DNA of 63,343 bases, the filler included, from Neoconidiobolus thromboides FSU 785 (taxonomy: Eukaryota; Fungi; Entomophthoromycota), in NCBI GenBank assembly GCA_025603075.1. It is 11 parts of 11 records of this genome, joined end to end, with 100 filler letters (N's around TTAATTAATTAA, not from the genome) between each part and the next. Parts side by side here need not be neighbours in the genome. Positions count along the whole stretch, not along the records: positions 60,100 to 61,540 come from MU626965.1; positions 61,641 to 63,343 come from MU626929.1; 9 more parts are not named here. One strand, 5' to 3'. A model generated the notes under the pieces. It did no database searches and was not told the DNA's origin. It worked only from the letters and a program-made list of their open reading frames with translations. The translations under genes and the position numbers were made by a program. Of this stretch, positions 60,377 through 63,343 are shown one piece after another (the first letter of the stretch is position 1; each line of letters starts with the position of its first letter).

Positions 60377-61537
60377 TATACTTTTCTTTAATTTTAAAAA
60401 TATAATAACTTGGTTTAATAATAATTTCAAGACAGATTAGTTTACTTAAATATAATATCATCAATAACAAAATAATAACTCTATTACAATTTTAATTTTT
60501 AGCTAATAAAATACTAAATTTTTGAAAAAAAAGAAATTTATAATTAAAACTATTGGTTTTTTACATAAATTTAAAAATAAAATAAACTACAGCTTTTTTA
60601 TTTTTAATGAGTTATTAATCCCCATTTATTCTTTTTCGTGTTTTCCACAACCTTTAATAATACTTATAGCTTGCTGGCTATTTATTTATGCTATATCAGA
60701 TTATTAGCAGATTTTTTTCATCTCCTTAGTTAGGATCTTCAGCTTTATTTTTTGACTGGAACAATTTATTTACAATGTAAATAGAAGCGGCCTCTCATAA
60801 TCTTCCTTTTTCAAAAGTTGACATAGTAATAGTCAAACTTATACTCAGATCTAAATTAGTAGTAGCTTCTTTCTTATCTCTCAATCTTTGTTTTATCCTT
60901 TGTACTTTAACTTTTTTGTAATTAAAATATTCTAATATTTCAAATCCTCACCTTTTAAAAATATGATCAATATTTATAATTTTTAATTTTATTTAAGATC
61001 ATATGCGAATAATGCTAGTCATAACATTGATCTACAAAAATTTGACCAGCATTGTTTATCTACAATACACATGTGGTTAATAGCTTTAGCTTTCATTACT
61101 AATCACAATTTTTGATAGATCTTTTTGCATTACAGGGTAAACAAAATGGGGATAAACTATAGCAATTAGTAAAATTTTAAAGATAACTTGACTAATATAA
61201 CCCATAAGAACTCAATAGTAATAAAATCTTCAAAAAATATTAAACAAAAAATATTACAATAGACTAGCAATTCAGGCATTCTTTTCATTTATTAAAATAT
61301 GACACTTTTCCTTAGCTATTTGTATGTTTAAATTATAATTAGATATAAAATGTATATATTGTTTATCCGGTATTGAGAATATAAGTATAAATAGTATCAA
61401 AGATATGACAAAGTTAGATCAAAATAAAAATACAAACTCAACATTATAATCAAATAAAAATGGCTATTCAATACGATTTAGATAATCCAGAGTCTTATAA
61501 CCATAAGACTGTTCAATTCAACAATAAAGTATATCGT

Positions 61538-61861
61538 ATGNNNNNNNNNNNNNNNNNNNNNNNNNNNNNNNNNNNNNNNNNNNNTTAATTAATTAANNNN
61601 NNNNNNNNNNNNNNNNNNNNNNNNNNNNNNNNNNNNNNNNAAACTAAACCAGTAGTAACTTCTACTCCAACACAAATTGAACCTAAACCTGAGCCAACTG
61701 GCAACCCACAAAAACCAGATCCATCAACTTGTGAAAATGGTAAAATGTATTGTCTTGATGGTTCAACAATTGCTATGTGCTTCAACAAAACTTTTTGGTC
61801 TAACCCATGTGCTGATGGTACTACCTGCAAAGGGACTTTGGGCGACGCACAATGTAATTAG
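61538..61861 (+). CDS. Secreted/cell-wall protein with Pro/Thr linker and C-terminal 6-Cys CBM19-like module; middle in gap
   Basis: ATG just before the gap. After the gap: TKPVVTSTPTQIEPKPEPTGNPQKPDPSTCENGKMYCLDGSTIAMCFNKTFWSNPCADGTTCKGTLGDAQCN*. Confidence 0.65.
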
Positions 61862-62484
61862 ATTATACAAAAAATCACTTTAAATTTGATGTATCTGTGA
61901 TAATCAAATTTATCCAAAATCAATAAAATGTATTTATCCATAATATAGTCTTTTTTCATTTTAAGTAAACATGATTTAAATTTATAAATTTATTCCTGCA
62001 TTCAATATTAATTTATTAATTCGAATGTATAAGTAGGATATTGGTGATAAGAAACATCCCATTCTTCATTATATTAGTTAACAGTGTTTTGTTTAAATAT
62101 AATATAGAAAATCTTGCTTTTTTTAATACACTCATATAATTAGTAATTTGGATATACCTGCTTTAACTATACTGTTTTCAATTGACAAAGATACTAATTG
62201 TTTAGCACATTAGAAAATTTCATCTTTGGTTTTTTAATATAGATAATACAGCCTTAATGCTTTGCATACCTATAAATTTGTACTTCACTCTGTAAATATA
62301 TTGAATAAAAGTAATGGTAGTAAATAAATAAAACAAAATGTTAATGAAATCAATGGAACAGAATAAAAAATAAAATAAACAAATAAAATAAAATGAAATT
62401 GTATATATTGTATTGTAATTATCTAAGCTTGATTGTATAAGTCCAAGTAAATCTATAAAAGAAAAGAACGTTTTGGTTTTACAG

Positions 62485-62510
62485 GATATGATATGATATG
62501 ATATGATATA
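62485..62510 (+). repeat. (GATAT)n short tandem repeat
   Basis: ggatatgatatgatatgatatgatatat. Confidence 0.7.
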
Positions 62511-62606
62511 TCAAAAAAATAAATGAAATTATAATAAATAAAAGAGCTTGTAGTATTGAGTCAATCAATTAAATTTATAAATTTAGAATAAATGGGCTCC
62601 AATAAT

Positions 62607-62704
62607 GGGGGTGTATTTTTATGTTTGAAATTTACTAGCAATTTTTCCACTTTGAATGGCGCTTAAAATATAGAAAAAGTGATGAAGCCAAAGAAAATAT
62701 CTCC
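62607..62704. mobile_element. MITE copy
   Basis: gggggtgtatttttatgtttgaaatttactagc ... aaaatatctcc. Confidence 0.78.
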
Positions 62705-63343
62705 AATGTTAGATTTTGGAAAATAATTTTTTTGATAAGGTCCCTGTTTATTTTGATTAGAATTTGATACTCGACTTTACATTATTGGTATATTAAAATA
62801 TTAAATAGCTCAGTTGAAATCTCAAAGAAATAGTTTATGACTATGCTTAGAATATTAATATTAAAAGTTGCGTCGTTGACTATTATTTAAATCAAATATA
62901 TTAAACTATTAATATTTTCTACAATATATTGTCTCCAAATCGACCATTACAGCGAATCTTGGTATTATTCTCCAACTTGCTTTTAGTGAAAATAATGAGG
63001 TTTACGCAACGAATTTAATATTTAAAAATTATAGTTGTTACTAAAGTGGTATAGCACTATAAATATAAACATTAACTTTGGTTGACATGTAATTTAAAAT
63101 TTACTTAAGTGATGAACATCAGATCAATTTTCTTAATAGTTTAATCGATAATTTAGATAGTTATTAATTTATTAGTACAAGGGGCTTACCAAGAATAATT
63201 TATACTAATGACATTTTAATCTCAAAAATTAAGTTGAGTTATTAGAGTTAATTATTAACACCATAACCATGGTACAACAAGGTACTTGACAGAATGGTAT
63301 ATAAGCAATAAAAAAAGGACATCATACATTATCAAAGTTCAAT

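Noticed and set aside
60760-61160. Possible protein-kinase pseudogene on the minus strand (VYPVMQKDL, YDLK*N)
   Set aside because: Two weak motifs with no DFG or APE support.
5708-61640. TTAATTAATTAA embedded in N runs, ten times (5708, 10727, 28690, 43125, 45539, 47450, 56425, 57693, 60000, 61541)
   Set aside because: Artificial contig-join linker with stops in all six frames. It is not a biological repeat, and ORF translations containing X are artefacts.
455-62704. MITE copies as a CRISPR-like or regularly spaced array
   Set aside because: The copies are dispersed, ~100 bp long, carry TIRs and are irregularly spaced in a eukaryotic genome. No repeat-spacer structure or cas genes were seen.

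Overview
This is very AT-rich eukaryotic (fungal) scaffold DNA with many short GT-AG introns. It contains ten ~100-nt assembly gaps of the form N-run/TTAATTAATTAA/N-run. Composition, intron style and gene families suggest an early-diverging fungus such as Conidiobolus/Entomophthorales; this is inference and was not searched. Conserved genes: ELP2, BRE1, FRQ1/NCS-1, CWF19L1/DRN1-like, a DUF2415-type WD40 gene, TFG2, a CIA30-domain gene, M64 peptidase and RluA/RIB2-type pseudouridine synthase fragments, a QIP/GFD2-like DEDDh exonuclease, SKI3 and TPS1. RNA genes: U2 snRNA, two identical tRNA-Glu(UUC), tRNA-Arg(ACG) and tRNA-Phe(GAA). About 30 copies of a ~100-bp MITE (GGGGATGT...ACATCCCC in ATAT) are scattered through intergenic DNA, together with longer long-TIR relatives and a transposase-like relic. 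The most notable observations are: (1) two nucleotide-identical, divergently oriented genes for a secreted 10-Cys defensin-like peptide whose flanks have diverged, inside an accessory island (~29.8-48 kb) of duplicated or decayed secreted and stress genes; (2) ncRNA genes lying next to their own processing machinery (ELP2 bracketed by two tRNA-Glu(UUC) genes; U2 head-to-head with a DRN1/CWF19L1-like gene); (3) a GGGG/ATAT transposon family whose insertion footprint can be reconstructed from sequence inside this window. All protein assignments are by motif recognition from memory. Coordinates of multi-exon genes and repeats were counted by hand and may be off by a few bases.
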